From positions 25,858-89,857 of the forward strand of contig CAZWIJ010000006.1 of the NCBI GenBank assembly GCA_964633865.1: a DNA stretch of 64,000 nucleotides, given 5' to 3'. This stretch comes from an uncultured Candidatus Saccharibacteria bacterium (GTDB lineage Bacteria > Patescibacteriota > Minisyncoccia > SW-4-49-11). The notes below the pieces were generated by a model that ran no database searches, was not told the DNA's origin, and saw only the letters and a list, made by a program, of their open reading frames with translations. The position numbers were made by a program, and so were the translations under genes. Shown piece after piece: positions 10,082 to 22,996 of this stretch. Position 1 is the first letter of the stretch, and each line of letters starts with the position of its first letter.

Positions 10082-12172
10082 ATGAAAAAAGAACTTAAAA
10101 AAGATAATTTAAAAAAAAGAAGGAATAAAGGGTTTACATTATTAGAGATATTATTAGTAATAGCAGCAATAGGAATATTAGCAGGAATAGTAATAGTCGC
10201 AATAAATCCATTGAGACAAATAGCAAAAGTAAGACAAGCAGAGAGAGCAAGTGAGATAAATCAATTAAACAAAGCAATAGAGCAATATAATATAGCAGAA
10301 GGTAAATATCCAGATGCATTAACAATAGGAATAACAGAAGGAGAATATAGAGAGATATGTAATACAGGTAAATTAGATAGTGAAGCAGATTTAGTAGCAG
10401 AAGGAATAGATTGTAGTGATGATGGAGAAGGAAATGCATTATTAGACTTAAGAGTTTTAGTACCAACATATGTAGCAGAAATACCAAAAGATTCTGGATT
10501 ACAGTTTGGAATCGGAGAGAATATAATATATAAAATAGCAGAAGCAGCAGGAATAGATAGAACAGGATATTTGATAGGAGTACATCCAGAGAATAAAAAG
10601 GTAAGTATAAAAACAATAGAACCAGATATAAATGGAAATCCAATAGCACTAAATCCAATAGAAACACCAGATGGAGGAGGAGGTGGTGGAGACCCATTAT
10701 CTCCATCAGCCCCATGGGCTCCAATATTTGCGAAGTCACTTGGTAGTGAATTTAATGATGCAACAAACGACCTTGTAGTTGATAATCTTGGAAATAGCTA
10801 TATTATAGGTTCTTATAGTGGGAATCCATTCACATTTGGTAATGATATAAATTCCAATCCAATATCTATATCTCCTATAGGTAATATAAGTTCTTTTATA
10901 GCAAAATATGATAGTACGGGAGATCTAATTTGGGTAAAAAATATAGGAGGTACGAATGGAGAAGATAATGTAAGAAGTATAACTCTAGATAGTTCAAATA
11001 ATATTTATATTACAGGAGGATTTGGTTCATCCACACTTCCTTTAGGAAATGATATAAATAGTAATCCGATTACCCTAACAAATTCTGGGGCATCATTAGA
11101 CATTTTTATAATAAAATATAATTCGAATGGAGATTTAATATGGGGTAAAAGTTCTGGAAGTGCAGGTAGATCTGATATGGGAAATAGTATAGAATCTGAT
11201 TCTAGTGGTAATATTTATATAACTGGACAATATGCTTCTACAACACTAACCTTAGGAGAGGGAGGGAATCAAGTTAATTTGACTAATGCTGGTATATATA
11301 ATGATATATTTACTGCAAAATATGATACAGATGGAAATCTTTTATGGGCAAAGACTGCAGGTGGTACAGGATTCATTGATAATGGAGATAAATTAAGTGT
11401 AGATGATAGTGGAAATGTATATGTAGTAGGAACCTATAATTCTGCAACATTAAGTTTCGGTAATGATATAAATTCCAATCCAATATCTATATCTCCTATA
11501 GGTAATATAAGTTCTTTTATAGCAAAATATAATAGTACAGGAGATCTGCTATGGGCAAAAAAAATTGGAGGAAATGGTCCAGATGATATAAGAGGTATAA
11601 AAGTAGATTCTATAGGGAATTTATATATAGTAGGAATGTATAGATCTAATATATTAAGTTTTGGAAATGATATAAATGACAACCCAGTAAATCTAACTAA
11701 GACTGATGCTGACGATGCATTTATTGCAAGATATAATATTGATGGAGATTTAATTTGGTCAATCAATATTACTGGTTCAGGTGACCAACATGCAATATCA
11801 GTAGACATTGATAGTCAAAATAATATTTATATCACAGGATTTTTAGCAAATACTATAAATCTTGGAAATGATTTAGATAGTACCCCAGTTAATTTAACAA
11901 GTTTAGGTTATGCTAATGGATATATTGCAAAATACAATAATCTTGGTCAAGTGTTGAATTCTAAACTTATAAGTTCTGATTCTAGATCTGAAGGACAATT
12001 ATTATATGTCGGGTCGACTGGAGATGTTCATTTAGTAGGAATATTTAATTCATATCAATTAGATCTTGGAAATGATATAAATGAAAACCCATTATCAATA
12101 TTTAATCAAGGAGGAAATCCAGAAGGATATTCAGATGAAATATTCTTATTCAAATTAAATAAAGATTTTTAA
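10082..12172 (+). CDS. Type IV pilin-like N-terminal domain fused to SBBP-type beta-propeller repeats (putative adhesin)
   Basis: KG|FTLLEILLV; GGGGGG linker; repeats of D..GN.YITG...D.FIAKY...G.L.W.K. Confidence 0.85.
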   Translation: MKKELKKDNLKKRRNKGFTLLEILLVIAAIGILAGIVIVAINPLRQIAKVRQAERASEINQLNKAIEQYNIAEGKYPDALTIGITEGEYREICNTGKLDSEADLVAEGIDCSDDGEGNALLDLRVLVPTYVAEIPKDSGLQFGIGENIIYKIAEAAGIDRTGYLIGVHPENKKVSIKTIEPDINGNPIALNPIETPDGGGGGGDPLSPSAPWAPIFAKSLGSEFNDATNDLVVDNLGNSYIIGSYSGNPFTFGNDINSNPISISPIGNISSFIAKYDSTGDLIWVKNIGGTNGEDNVRSITLDSSNNIYITGGFGSSTLPLGNDINSNPITLTNSGASLDIFIIKYNSNGDLIWGKSSGSAGRSDMGNSIESDSSGNIYITGQYASTTLTLGEGGNQVNLTNAGIYNDIFTAKYDTDGNLLWAKTAGGTGFIDNGDKLSVDDSGNVYVVGTYNSATLSFGNDINSNPISISPIGNISSFIAKYNSTGDLLWAKKIGGNGPDDIRGIKVDSIGNLYIVGMYRSNILSFGNDINDNPVNLTKTDADDAFIARYNIDGDLIWSINITGSGDQHAISVDIDSQNNIYITGFLANTINLGNDLDSTPVNLTSLGYANGYIAKYNNLGQVLNSKLISSDSRSEGQLLYVGSTGDVHLVGIFNSYQLDLGNDINENPLSIFNQGGNPEGYSDEIFLFKLNKDF
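10838..11530 (+). repeat. Exact 72-bp direct repeat (10838-10909 and 11459-11530)
   Basis: ggtaatgatataaattccaatccaatatctatatctcctataggtaatataagttcttttatagcaaaatat occurs twice. Confidence 0.9.
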
Positions 12173-12191
12173 TTAATTTTAATTTTTCATT

Positions 12192-12233
12192 AAAAAAACA
12201 AGGGTAAACTTATAAATTTACCCTTGTTTTTTT
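12192..12233 (+). terminator. Rho-independent terminator, likely bidirectional
   Basis: aaaaaaacaagggtaaa-loop-tttacccttgttttttt. Confidence 0.85.
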
Positions 12234-12293
12234 ATAAAATATGGTATGAATTTATTTGTATATCAATAAATTAAAAATTTCTCTAAAAAACCC

Positions 12294-12322
12294 TTGACAA
12301 TGTTTTTAATATAATGTAAACT
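12294..12322 (+). promoter_or_regulatory. Sigma70 promoter of the 23S-5S unit
   Basis: TTGACA-17bp-TAAACT; boxA-like gatctttaacaa at about 12438-12449. Confidence 0.7.
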
Positions 12323-12517
12323 ATTACTTGTACCCACAAGAACATTCAGAAAAACAGCCTTTAAAAATTTGGAAATAGTGATGAGCCTCTTATATAATTA
12401 TATATGAGTTTTATCAGCTATAGCTATAATAAAGAGGGATCTTTAACAATTTAATTTAGGTAAAAATGCAATTTTACTTTAACTTTAACCAAAAAAAAGT
12501 GAATCAGAGTCTAAAAA

Positions 12518-15513
<2,996 letters not shown>

Positions 15514-15643
15514 TTTTTTGACATTGATTCACTAAATGTGAACTATAAAGTCAAAGTAAAAATTTACCTAAATTAAATTTAAAGTTCTAAGCTCAAAATT
15601 ACTAACCATATAGAGTAAAATCTGTATGGTTGGTGATAAAAAT

Positions 15644-15753
15644 GTCTTTGTGATTTATTATAAAGGGGTACACCTGAAACATTCCGAACTCAGAAGTTAA
15701 GCCTTTATAAGTCGATGATACTCTTTATGGGGAAAGTAGATTATTGCAAAGAC
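15644..15753 (+). rRNA. rrf: 5S rRNA (compact, about 110 nt)
   Basis: cacctg..acattccgaactcagaagttaagc, gatgatact, gggaaagtag; terminal stem gtctttg/caaagac. Confidence 0.9.
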
Positions 15754-15858
15754 ATTTTTGTTTTTGAAACATATAAACTAAAATATATTCTCTTTGAGTT
15801 ATAATAATATTAAATATATGATATAATAGAAATATATTTTTAATATAAATTTTATTTT

Positions 15859-17589
15859 ATGAAAGTAGTACAAAAATTTATAAAGTATTTTGAATCAAAA
15901 GATCATATTATTGTTAAGTCATCATCATTATTACCTGAAGGTGATAACTCTGTTTTATTGACAACAGCAGGGATGCAACAATTTAAACCATATTATTTGG
16001 GTAAGCCTAGTCCTTATGGAAATAGAGTAGCTAGTATCCAAAAATGTATTAGAGTAGATGATATAGAAGAGATTGGAGATAATACCCATCTTACTTTTTT
16101 TGAGATGTTAGGCAATTTTTCTTTTAATTATAATAGTGGAAAAGGAAGTTATTTTAAAGCTGAAGCTATTCGATTTGGGTATGAATTCATAGCTGAGTAT
16201 CTTAATCTAAAAATAGACTATGTCACTATCTTCGCTGGAGATGATATTTCACCAAAGGATACTGAATCACAAGATATTTGGAAAGATTTATTTAAAGAAA
16301 AAAATGTAAAGATAGATATAAGAGAGTATGGAAGAGAAGATAATTTTTGGGGACCTACTGGTTCTGAAGGGCCTTGTGGACCTACAACTGAAATTTATGT
16401 TAATGATGTTGAAATATGGAACATTGTATTTAATCAATATTATTCTAATTTAGATAAAAGTTTGGTTAATCTAGAAAATCAAGGTATTGATACGGGAGGT
16501 GGTTTAGAAAGAATATTGACTTATTATGAAGGTGTAGACTCTATGTATGATACAACTTATTTTAAACCAATTTTAGTTCATGTTCAAGATTTTCTACCAG
16601 ATTTAATTTTAGAAAAACAAAGAATAATTTTAGATCATACGAGGGCTAGTTTGTTTTTGATTTCTGATGGTATTTTACCTTCTAATAAAGAACAAGGATA
16701 TATCTTAAGAAGGCTATTGAGAAAAATTTTAAGTTTATTTTCTAATAAAGAAAAAGGTCTTGAAGAAATATTTGTTATTTCATCAAAAATTAGAGATTTA
16801 TATAAAGATAGATATTCTGAACTAGAATTATCACAAAATATTTATAAAAATATTGTAGAAGAAGAATATATTCTTTTTCGTGATGCTCTAAAACAAGGAA
16901 TGAGATATGCTAATAAAATATTAAAGAAAAAAAGAATTCAAAGAATGTCAGGAGAAGAAGCTTTCTTATTGAGTGCTACATATGGTCTTTCTACTGAAGT
17001 AATGAAATTGCAAGGATTAGATTTTGATGAAAAAGAGTTAGAATTGAAGAAAAAAGAGCACCAGGAAATATCTAAAGCTGGAGCAAATAAGAAATTTGGT
17101 GGACATGGTTTATTGTTAGATAATGGAGAGTTGAAAGCCTCAAATGAAGAAGAGTTAAAAATTGTGACTAGACTTCATAGTGTAACACATTTATTACAAA
17201 AAGCTTTAAGAGAAGTATTGGGGGCTACTGTAATTCAAAAAGGTTCTGATATTACAGCTGAGAGAACAAGATTTGATTTTACATTTGATAGAAAAATGAC
17301 TGATGAAGAAAAAAAACAAGTAGAAGATTTGGTTAATTCTTATATTAAGCTTGGATTAGATGTGAAAATTGATACGATGTCCCTTGAAGAAGCCAAAAAA
17401 ACGGATGCTCTATATTTGCCAAATAGAAATTATCCGGATAAAGTCAATGTTTATAAATTTGGTGAGATTTCCAAAGAATTTTGTGGAGGCCCTCATGTTT
17501 TGAATACTAAAGAGATTGGTAAATTTTATATTAAGAAAGAAGAGGCTGTAGCAAGTGGAGTAAGAAGAATTAGAGGAGTTATAGAATAA
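15859..17589 (+). CDS. alaS: Alanine--tRNA ligase, short form lacking the C-Ala domain
   Basis: TTAGMQQFKPY, HLTFFEMLGNFSF, DTGGGLER, GYILRRLLR, HSVTHLL, EFCGGPHV, GVRRI. Confidence 0.96.
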   Translation: MKVVQKFIKYFESKDHIIVKSSSLLPEGDNSVLLTTAGMQQFKPYYLGKPSPYGNRVASIQKCIRVDDIEEIGDNTHLTFFEMLGNFSFNYNSGKGSYFKAEAIRFGYEFIAEYLNLKIDYVTIFAGDDISPKDTESQDIWKDLFKEKNVKIDIREYGREDNFWGPTGSEGPCGPTTEIYVNDVEIWNIVFNQYYSNLDKSLVNLENQGIDTGGGLERILTYYEGVDSMYDTTYFKPILVHVQDFLPDLILEKQRIILDHTRASLFLISDGILPSNKEQGYILRRLLRKILSLFSNKEKGLEEIFVISSKIRDLYKDRYSELELSQNIYKNIVEEEYILFRDALKQGMRYANKILKKKRIQRMSGEEAFLLSATYGLSTEVMKLQGLDFDEKELELKKKEHQEISKAGANKKFGGHGLLLDNGELKASNEEELKIVTRLHSVTHLLQKALREVLGATVIQKGSDITAERTRFDFTFDRKMTDEEKKQVEDLVNSYIKLGLDVKIDTMSLEEAKKTDALYLPNRNYPDKVNVYKFGEISKEFCGGPHVLNTKEIGKFYIKKEEAVASGVRRIRGVIE

Positions 17590-17594
17590 TTCAT

Positions 17595-18182
17595 ATGTTA
17601 AATAAAAAATTAATAATATTAAGAAAGACATTACATTTAGCTCTACTGGGACCTTTTTCAATTTATTGGTATCTAAGATTTATACTGAGTAATGAAATAT
17701 ATGCTAATTATTTTATAGTAACTACTTTAATATTATTTTTTATATATGAATATATTCGGTTAGATTTAAATAAAAAAATAATTTTTTATACCCTAGTGAA
17801 AGAAAAAGAAAAAAATAATCCAGTCGATGGTTTAAATCTTTTAATTTCAGGAATTTTAGTAAGTTTACTTTTTGAACCGAGAATATCAATTTTAGTAATT
17901 CTTATCGCAATAATAGGAGATACAGTTGCTACACTAGGAGGTCTTTATGGTAAAAATAAAGTTTTTAAGGAGAGTAATAATAAAACAACATATGAAGGAC
18001 TAATCCTAACTTTTCTAGTAAATTTAATTTTATCAGTAATAATTTTGAAATTTATTTGGATTAGTGTTATAATATCATTAATGGCTGTTATTATAGAATC
18101 AATGGTTCAAAAAATAGATGATAATTTAGTAGTTCCAATTCTAACAGGTTATATAGCACATATTTTAATAAATATAAATTAA
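17595..18182 (+). CDS. Dolichol/phytol kinase-like (CTP-dependent) membrane protein
   Basis: RKTLH, IGDTVATLGGLYG, KTTYEG, IDDNLVVP. Confidence 0.75.
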   Translation: MLNKKLIILRKTLHLALLGPFSIYWYLRFILSNEIYANYFIVTTLILFFIYEYIRLDLNKKIIFYTLVKEKEKNNPVDGLNLLISGILVSLLFEPRISILVILIAIIGDTVATLGGLYGKNKVFKESNNKTTYEGLILTFLVNLILSVIILKFIWISVIISLMAVIIESMVQKIDDNLVVPILTGYIAHILININ

Positions 18183-18194
18183 CTAAATAATAGT

Positions 18195-19382
18195 ATGTTT
18201 TTCCAAAAAAAAATAAATAAAACTCCTATAGTTGTTGATATAGGTTCTAATGAAATCAAAGTAATAAAATATAATTATGATGAAAAAGTTAATAATATAG
18301 ATATCGTTGGATATGGTAATTTTAATACTCCTAAAAACTGTATTTTAAATGGTGTTATTAAAGAAAGTACACCTATATCAGAAGCAATTAGATCAGCTTA
18401 TATAGAAGCAAGAAATAAAGATGATGAAGAGGATCTAGTTATAGGCTTATCAGGAATTATGATAGATATTGAAAAAAAAGTTATTAATATAAAAAGACCT
18501 AAACCAGAATCTAAAATCTCTACTAAAGAATGGAATGCTATTTTAGAAGGAATAGAATCTGAGATGGATAAACAAGAATATAAATCGAATATCCTCCATA
18601 ATATTCAGATGGAGCTTTTCCAGAGTTCAATAGAAAATATTAATATAGATGATAGAAAGACATTTACTCCAATTGGAGAAATTGGTAGAGAGATTTCTAT
18701 AGATCTATTCAATGCTTATTATCCAGAGGAAAATGCAATTATGTTATCAAAAATATCAGAAGATTTAAATATGCCCATTGAAGCTATTTTTCACTCTTCT
18801 TATGGAGTAGGGCAGATTTTGATAGATAATCACCCTAAAAATAATCCTAGTATGATATTAGTAGATATAGGTTCTACTCATACAGATGTTACAATTTTAA
18901 ATGAAGGAAGTATTGATAAAGTAAGAAGCTTTAGTATAGGAGGAGATGTGTTTACTGCGAAATTATCTAAAGAATTAGAAGTTTCATTTGATGAAGCTGA
19001 GGTTTTAAAAAAGGAATATTCAGATGCTAAATTACCTAAAAAAATTACAGAAAAAATAACAGATATGTTAAAATCAGAAAGAGAATTATTGTTAGAAGGT
19101 ATAAATATTGTTCTTAATGATTTACCACCAACTTATATATTGCCAGACCATATAGTTTTGTTTGGAGGAGGGAGCCTTTTGTTAGGTATAAAAGAAATGG
19201 TGGAGTACAGTAATTGGTATAAAAAAATGAAGTTTACTCAAAGGCCTAAAGTTTCTATTTTTTATCCTAAAATATTGTCTCATATTATAGATAATACAAA
19301 CAGAGATATAAATACTCCAAGTATAACTCCTTTATTAGGATTAATTCACTTAGAAATATCGAAAAATAGGTTTAAATATTAA
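18195..19382 (+). CDS. FtsA/PilM-like actin-fold ATPase (divergent FtsA paralog)
   Basis: VVDIGSNEIK, LVDIGSTHTDV, SFSIGGDVFT, EAEVLK, LFGGGSLL. Confidence 0.8.
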   Translation: MFFQKKINKTPIVVDIGSNEIKVIKYNYDEKVNNIDIVGYGNFNTPKNCILNGVIKESTPISEAIRSAYIEARNKDDEEDLVIGLSGIMIDIEKKVINIKRPKPESKISTKEWNAILEGIESEMDKQEYKSNILHNIQMELFQSSIENINIDDRKTFTPIGEIGREISIDLFNAYYPEENAIMLSKISEDLNMPIEAIFHSSYGVGQILIDNHPKNNPSMILVDIGSTHTDVTILNEGSIDKVRSFSIGGDVFTAKLSKELEVSFDEAEVLKKEYSDAKLPKKITEKITDMLKSERELLLEGINIVLNDLPPTYILPDHIVLFGGGSLLLGIKEMVEYSNWYKKMKFTQRPKVSIFYPKILSHIIDNTNRDINTPSITPLLGLIHLEISKNRFKY

Positions 19383-19398
19383 TTTCAAAATAACTGTT

Positions 19399-20973
19399 AT
19401 GGATAATTTAAAAAACGAACACATAATATTAAGTAAAGGATTAAATTTATCTGAAATATTACTTACAATTAAAAAAGTAAGAAAAGATTCTTTTGTTGTT
19501 TATTTACCAGATTCTATGGAGATTTTATATAATCCAATAAATCTAAAAATATTTGTTAAAGAATTAAAATCAAACTTAAAAAATAAAAAAATAAATTTTT
19601 TTAGTACAGATTCACATTTAATTTCTTTGTTAAAAAGTGAGGGATTGGAAGCCCAAACTTCAGAATCAATTGATATTCCAAATGTTATTAATAAAGATAA
19701 AAGTGATTTAGGTGACTTTTTTAAGTTTGAAACACTTAACGAATTTGATGGAGAAAAAGATGCACTAATAAAAAAAGAAGATGATATAGATATTGTTAAA
19801 GAATTAGAAAGTTCATTTAAAGATGAAAATATAATTAAAACAAATAAAAAGAATAGATTAAGAGGGGTTTTTTATTTGATCGGCTTTATATTAATAATAG
19901 TGTTAGCTATATTTGGAACACTTTATTCTGCAAAAGCTAGTATAAAGTTATTTCCTAATACTACTTTTTTGACTAAAGAAATGGATTTAGTTTTTAATTT
20001 AAATAAAGATAATTTGACAGAAGATCAAATTTATGTAGAAGAAAAAAAAATAGAATCAGAAGTTGAGCTAGAAGTAAATTCTACAGGATCTCTTTCTAAT
20101 GATGGTACTAAAGCACAAGGAGAGGTTATTTTGAAAAATGAAACTAATAGTAATCAAACATTGGTAGACCAAACTAGATTATTATCAGAAGGCAATAAAA
20201 TATATAAAATATCAAAGAATATAACTATACCAGCAGATGGAGAAGTTAAAGTCACAATGATAGCTGAAAACTCTGGAAATGAATATAATATTCAATCAGG
20301 GAAACTTCTTATTCCTGGATTTGAAAAAGATAAAGAAAAATATGAAAAAATATATGCTATTTTAGATACTCCTATAAATAATGGATCATCTAATGGTCAA
20401 AAAGTTGTAACTGAAGATGATATAAATCAAGCTAAAATTCAACTAAAAGAAAACTTAGCTAAAGATTTAAATGAAAAAGCACTTGAAGTAGAAAAAGAAG
20501 GATTAAGTGTATTAGATATAGGTTCAACATTAAATGATATTGTATATACATTTGATGTTACTACTGGTCAACAAATTGATAAATTTACAATGAGAGCAAA
20601 ATCAAGCTTAACCTCTTTAGTTTATACAAATACAGAGGTGGAGGATTATATCAAAACTAATATAGAGAAAGAATTAGAGGAAAGACAGTCAATAATGCCT
20701 AGTATCAAAGTTGTATTTTCTTTACCGGATAGTATATCTGAAGATAAAATTATTAATTCTAAAGCAAACATAGATTATACAATAAGTGATAAAATTAATA
20801 CAGAAGAATTAAGTAAAAATTTTATATATAAAAATAAGTCATTTGTAGAAGATTTTCTAAATACTAATTATGACTTAAAAAACTATAATATAGAGTTAAC
20901 TCCATCATTCTTACCTATAATGCCTATATTAAGTGAAAATATAGTAGTTACTATTGAGGAAAATAATAATTAA
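19399..20973 (+). CDS. Single-TM protein with baseplate J-like extracellular domain
   Basis: TM at about aa 155-175; KAQGEVILKN...TRL...AENSGNEYNI...NGSS..KVVTEDDI pattern; follows the FtsA-like gene. Confidence 0.6.
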   Translation: MDNLKNEHIILSKGLNLSEILLTIKKVRKDSFVVYLPDSMEILYNPINLKIFVKELKSNLKNKKINFFSTDSHLISLLKSEGLEAQTSESIDIPNVINKDKSDLGDFFKFETLNEFDGEKDALIKKEDDIDIVKELESSFKDENIIKTNKKNRLRGVFYLIGFILIIVLAIFGTLYSAKASIKLFPNTTFLTKEMDLVFNLNKDNLTEDQIYVEEKKIESEVELEVNSTGSLSNDGTKAQGEVILKNETNSNQTLVDQTRLLSEGNKIYKISKNITIPADGEVKVTMIAENSGNEYNIQSGKLLIPGFEKDKEKYEKIYAILDTPINNGSSNGQKVVTEDDINQAKIQLKENLAKDLNEKALEVEKEGLSVLDIGSTLNDIVYTFDVTTGQQIDKFTMRAKSSLTSLVYTNTEVEDYIKTNIEKELEERQSIMPSIKVVFSLPDSISEDKIINSKANIDYTISDKINTEELSKNFIYKNKSFVEDFLNTNYDLKNYNIELTPSFLPIMPILSENIVVTIEENNN

Positions 20974-20978
20974 AATAT

Positions 20979-21398
20979 ATGGCAGATATAATTATTGGAT
21001 TAATATTTATAATAGTATTTATACTTATATTTATATTTCCAACAAAATTAGCTGAAATATTTGAAAATATGGGTATTTTAGATTTTGGATTAGAAAAAAG
21101 TGGTACTAGAAAGTTAACAACAATTAGATTAATAAGTTTAATTAGTATATTTATAACAATAGTTTTTGTTAGTGGGAAAACTGAACTCATAGTTGGTTTT
21201 ATAGGAGTTGTTATTGGATTTGTAACAATGAAATATTCTTTAGTAGTTCATAACATTATAGGTTCAGGTAAATGGTTTAAAGGTGATAATGGGATTAAGT
21301 TAGCTGGATTAATTATTTTATTAGTATCATTACTTTGGATGGTTGGTCTTTCTCAACAAATATTAGTAGACTTTACTGAAGATACATTTAGAAATTAA
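20979..21398 (+). CDS. Hypothetical multi-pass membrane protein
   Basis: About 4 hydrophobic segments; operonic spacing. Confidence 0.7.
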   Translation: MADIIIGLIFIIVFILIFIFPTKLAEIFENMGILDFGLEKSGTRKLTTIRLISLISIFITIVFVSGKTELIVGFIGVVIGFVTMKYSLVVHNIIGSGKWFKGDNGIKLAGLIILLVSLLWMVGLSQQILVDFTEDTFRN

Positions 21399-21458
21399 AT
21401 TTGATAAATTAATTCAAATAATATATAATTAATATATTACAATTAATAAAAAATAATT

Positions 21459-21836
21459 ATGGCAGATAATAAAAAAATATTGATAGTAGAAGATGATATT
21501 TTTTTGAGAGAAATTTGTAGTTACAAGTTAATCCAATCTAAATATAAAGTAGATATAGCATCAGATGGAGAAGAAGCTTTAGATATGATAACCAAAAACA
21601 AATATGACTTAGTTCTAATGGATATAATGATCCCAAAAAAAACAGGTTTAGAAGTTTTAGAAAAATATAATAAATTAAATAAAAATAATAACAAAACTCA
21701 ATTTATAATGCTAAGTAATTTGAGTGAGGATGATAATGTTAAAAAATCATATGATCTAGGAGTTATAGATTATATTATAAAAGTTAACACTTCTCCTTCA
21801 GATATATTACATAAAGTTAATTCAATATTAAACTAA
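21459..21836 (+). CDS. Single-domain (CheY-like) response regulator
   Basis: ILIVEDD, DLVLMDIMIP, MLSN, YIIK. Confidence 0.9.
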   Translation: MADNKKILIVEDDIFLREICSYKLIQSKYKVDIASDGEEALDMITKNKYDLVLMDIMIPKKTGLEVLEKYNKLNKNNNKTQFIMLSNLSEDDNVKKSYDLGVIDYIIKVNTSPSDILHKVNSILN

Positions 21837-21848
21837 TTAAATAAAATT

Positions 21849-22994
21849 ATGAATGAATTAAAGAAAAGATGGTCAACATTAAGTAAAAAAGAAAAGAATA
21901 TTGTTATAGGTATTATTGTTGGAATATTAATATTAATTTCTTCAGGTATAGCTTTTGCATTAACCTATAAATCAGATCAGGTTGATAAAAAAGATTCAAA
22001 AGTTGAACCAGTTACAGATAAAATAGACCTAAATAGAGTTTTTCCAGTTGATGAAGAAGAAACAGAAATTAAAGAAGTAAGTCCATTCTCTGGAAATAAA
22101 TGCGAAAGATATAATGCAAGGCCAATAGCAGTTATGATGGCAGGAGATGAGATTGCAAGACCTTTATCAGGATTGTCTAAAGCAGAATTTGTTGTTGAAA
22201 TGCCAGTAATAACAGGTAGTGTCACTAGACTAATGGGAATATTTGTATGTGACACACCTGATGAGGTTGGTTCAATTAGAAGCTCTAGACATGATTATAT
22301 TTCATTGGTAAGAGGATGGGATACAATTTTTGTTCATTGGGGAGGGTCTCATTTTGCTCTTGATGAAATAAAAACAGGTATAAGATATACTGGAGAAAAT
22401 CTAGGTAAAGTAGATAGTATAGATGCCCTTACCACCAGTGGTCCTTTCTTTAGACAAAATTTTGTAGCAGCTCCTCATAATGGATTTGCTTCATTACCAA
22501 AAGTAATAGAATCAGCAAAACAAAAAGGTTATAATATGGAAGGTAAATTTGAAGGATATAAATTCCAATCTGATAGAATGACTGATCAAGAAAAAGAAAA
22601 TTCAGTAGATGGAGTCTTAGAAGTAGGTTTTGGAGGTGTGTTCAAAACAAAATGGGAATATAGTAGTGATAAAAATAAATATATAAGATATTGGAATAAC
22701 GAAAAAGATTCAGATAGAATTAATAATGAAGAAATTAAAGCATCTAATATTGTTGTTATGAGAGCTTTTTCAGAGCAAATTGAAGGCCAATATAACTCAG
22801 TTAATATTTATGGTGAAGGAGAAGCTAAAATTTTTCAGAATGGTAAAGAAATAAATGCAAAATGGAAGAAAGATGGATTTAAAGGAGCTCTAAAATTCTT
22901 TGATATGGAGAATAATGAAATTAGATTAGTAAAGGGACAAACTTTTATAGAAATTATCGAGCCATATCAAAGTTTAATTTGGAATACTAAATAA
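21849..22994 (+). CDS. DUF3048 (YerB-like) membrane-anchored protein
   Basis: RPIAVM, ARPLSGLSKA, TRLM, VGSIRSSR, HWGGS, APHN. Confidence 0.85.
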   Translation: MNELKKRWSTLSKKEKNIVIGIIVGILILISSGIAFALTYKSDQVDKKDSKVEPVTDKIDLNRVFPVDEEETEIKEVSPFSGNKCERYNARPIAVMMAGDEIARPLSGLSKAEFVVEMPVITGSVTRLMGIFVCDTPDEVGSIRSSRHDYISLVRGWDTIFVHWGGSHFALDEIKTGIRYTGENLGKVDSIDALTTSGPFFRQNFVAAPHNGFASLPKVIESAKQKGYNMEGKFEGYKFQSDRMTDQEKENSVDGVLEVGFGGVFKTKWEYSSDKNKYIRYWNNEKDSDRINNEEIKASNIVVMRAFSEQIEGQYNSVNIYGEGEAKIFQNGKEINAKWKKDGFKGALKFFDMENNEIRLVKGQTFIEIIEPYQSLIWNTK

Positions 22995-22996
22995 AG

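Noticed and set aside
10134-10739. Long Leu-rich antisense ORFs (also 7031-7228 and several in 54017-55938)
   Set aside because: By-products of A-ending codon bias on the coding strand; no independent gene signals
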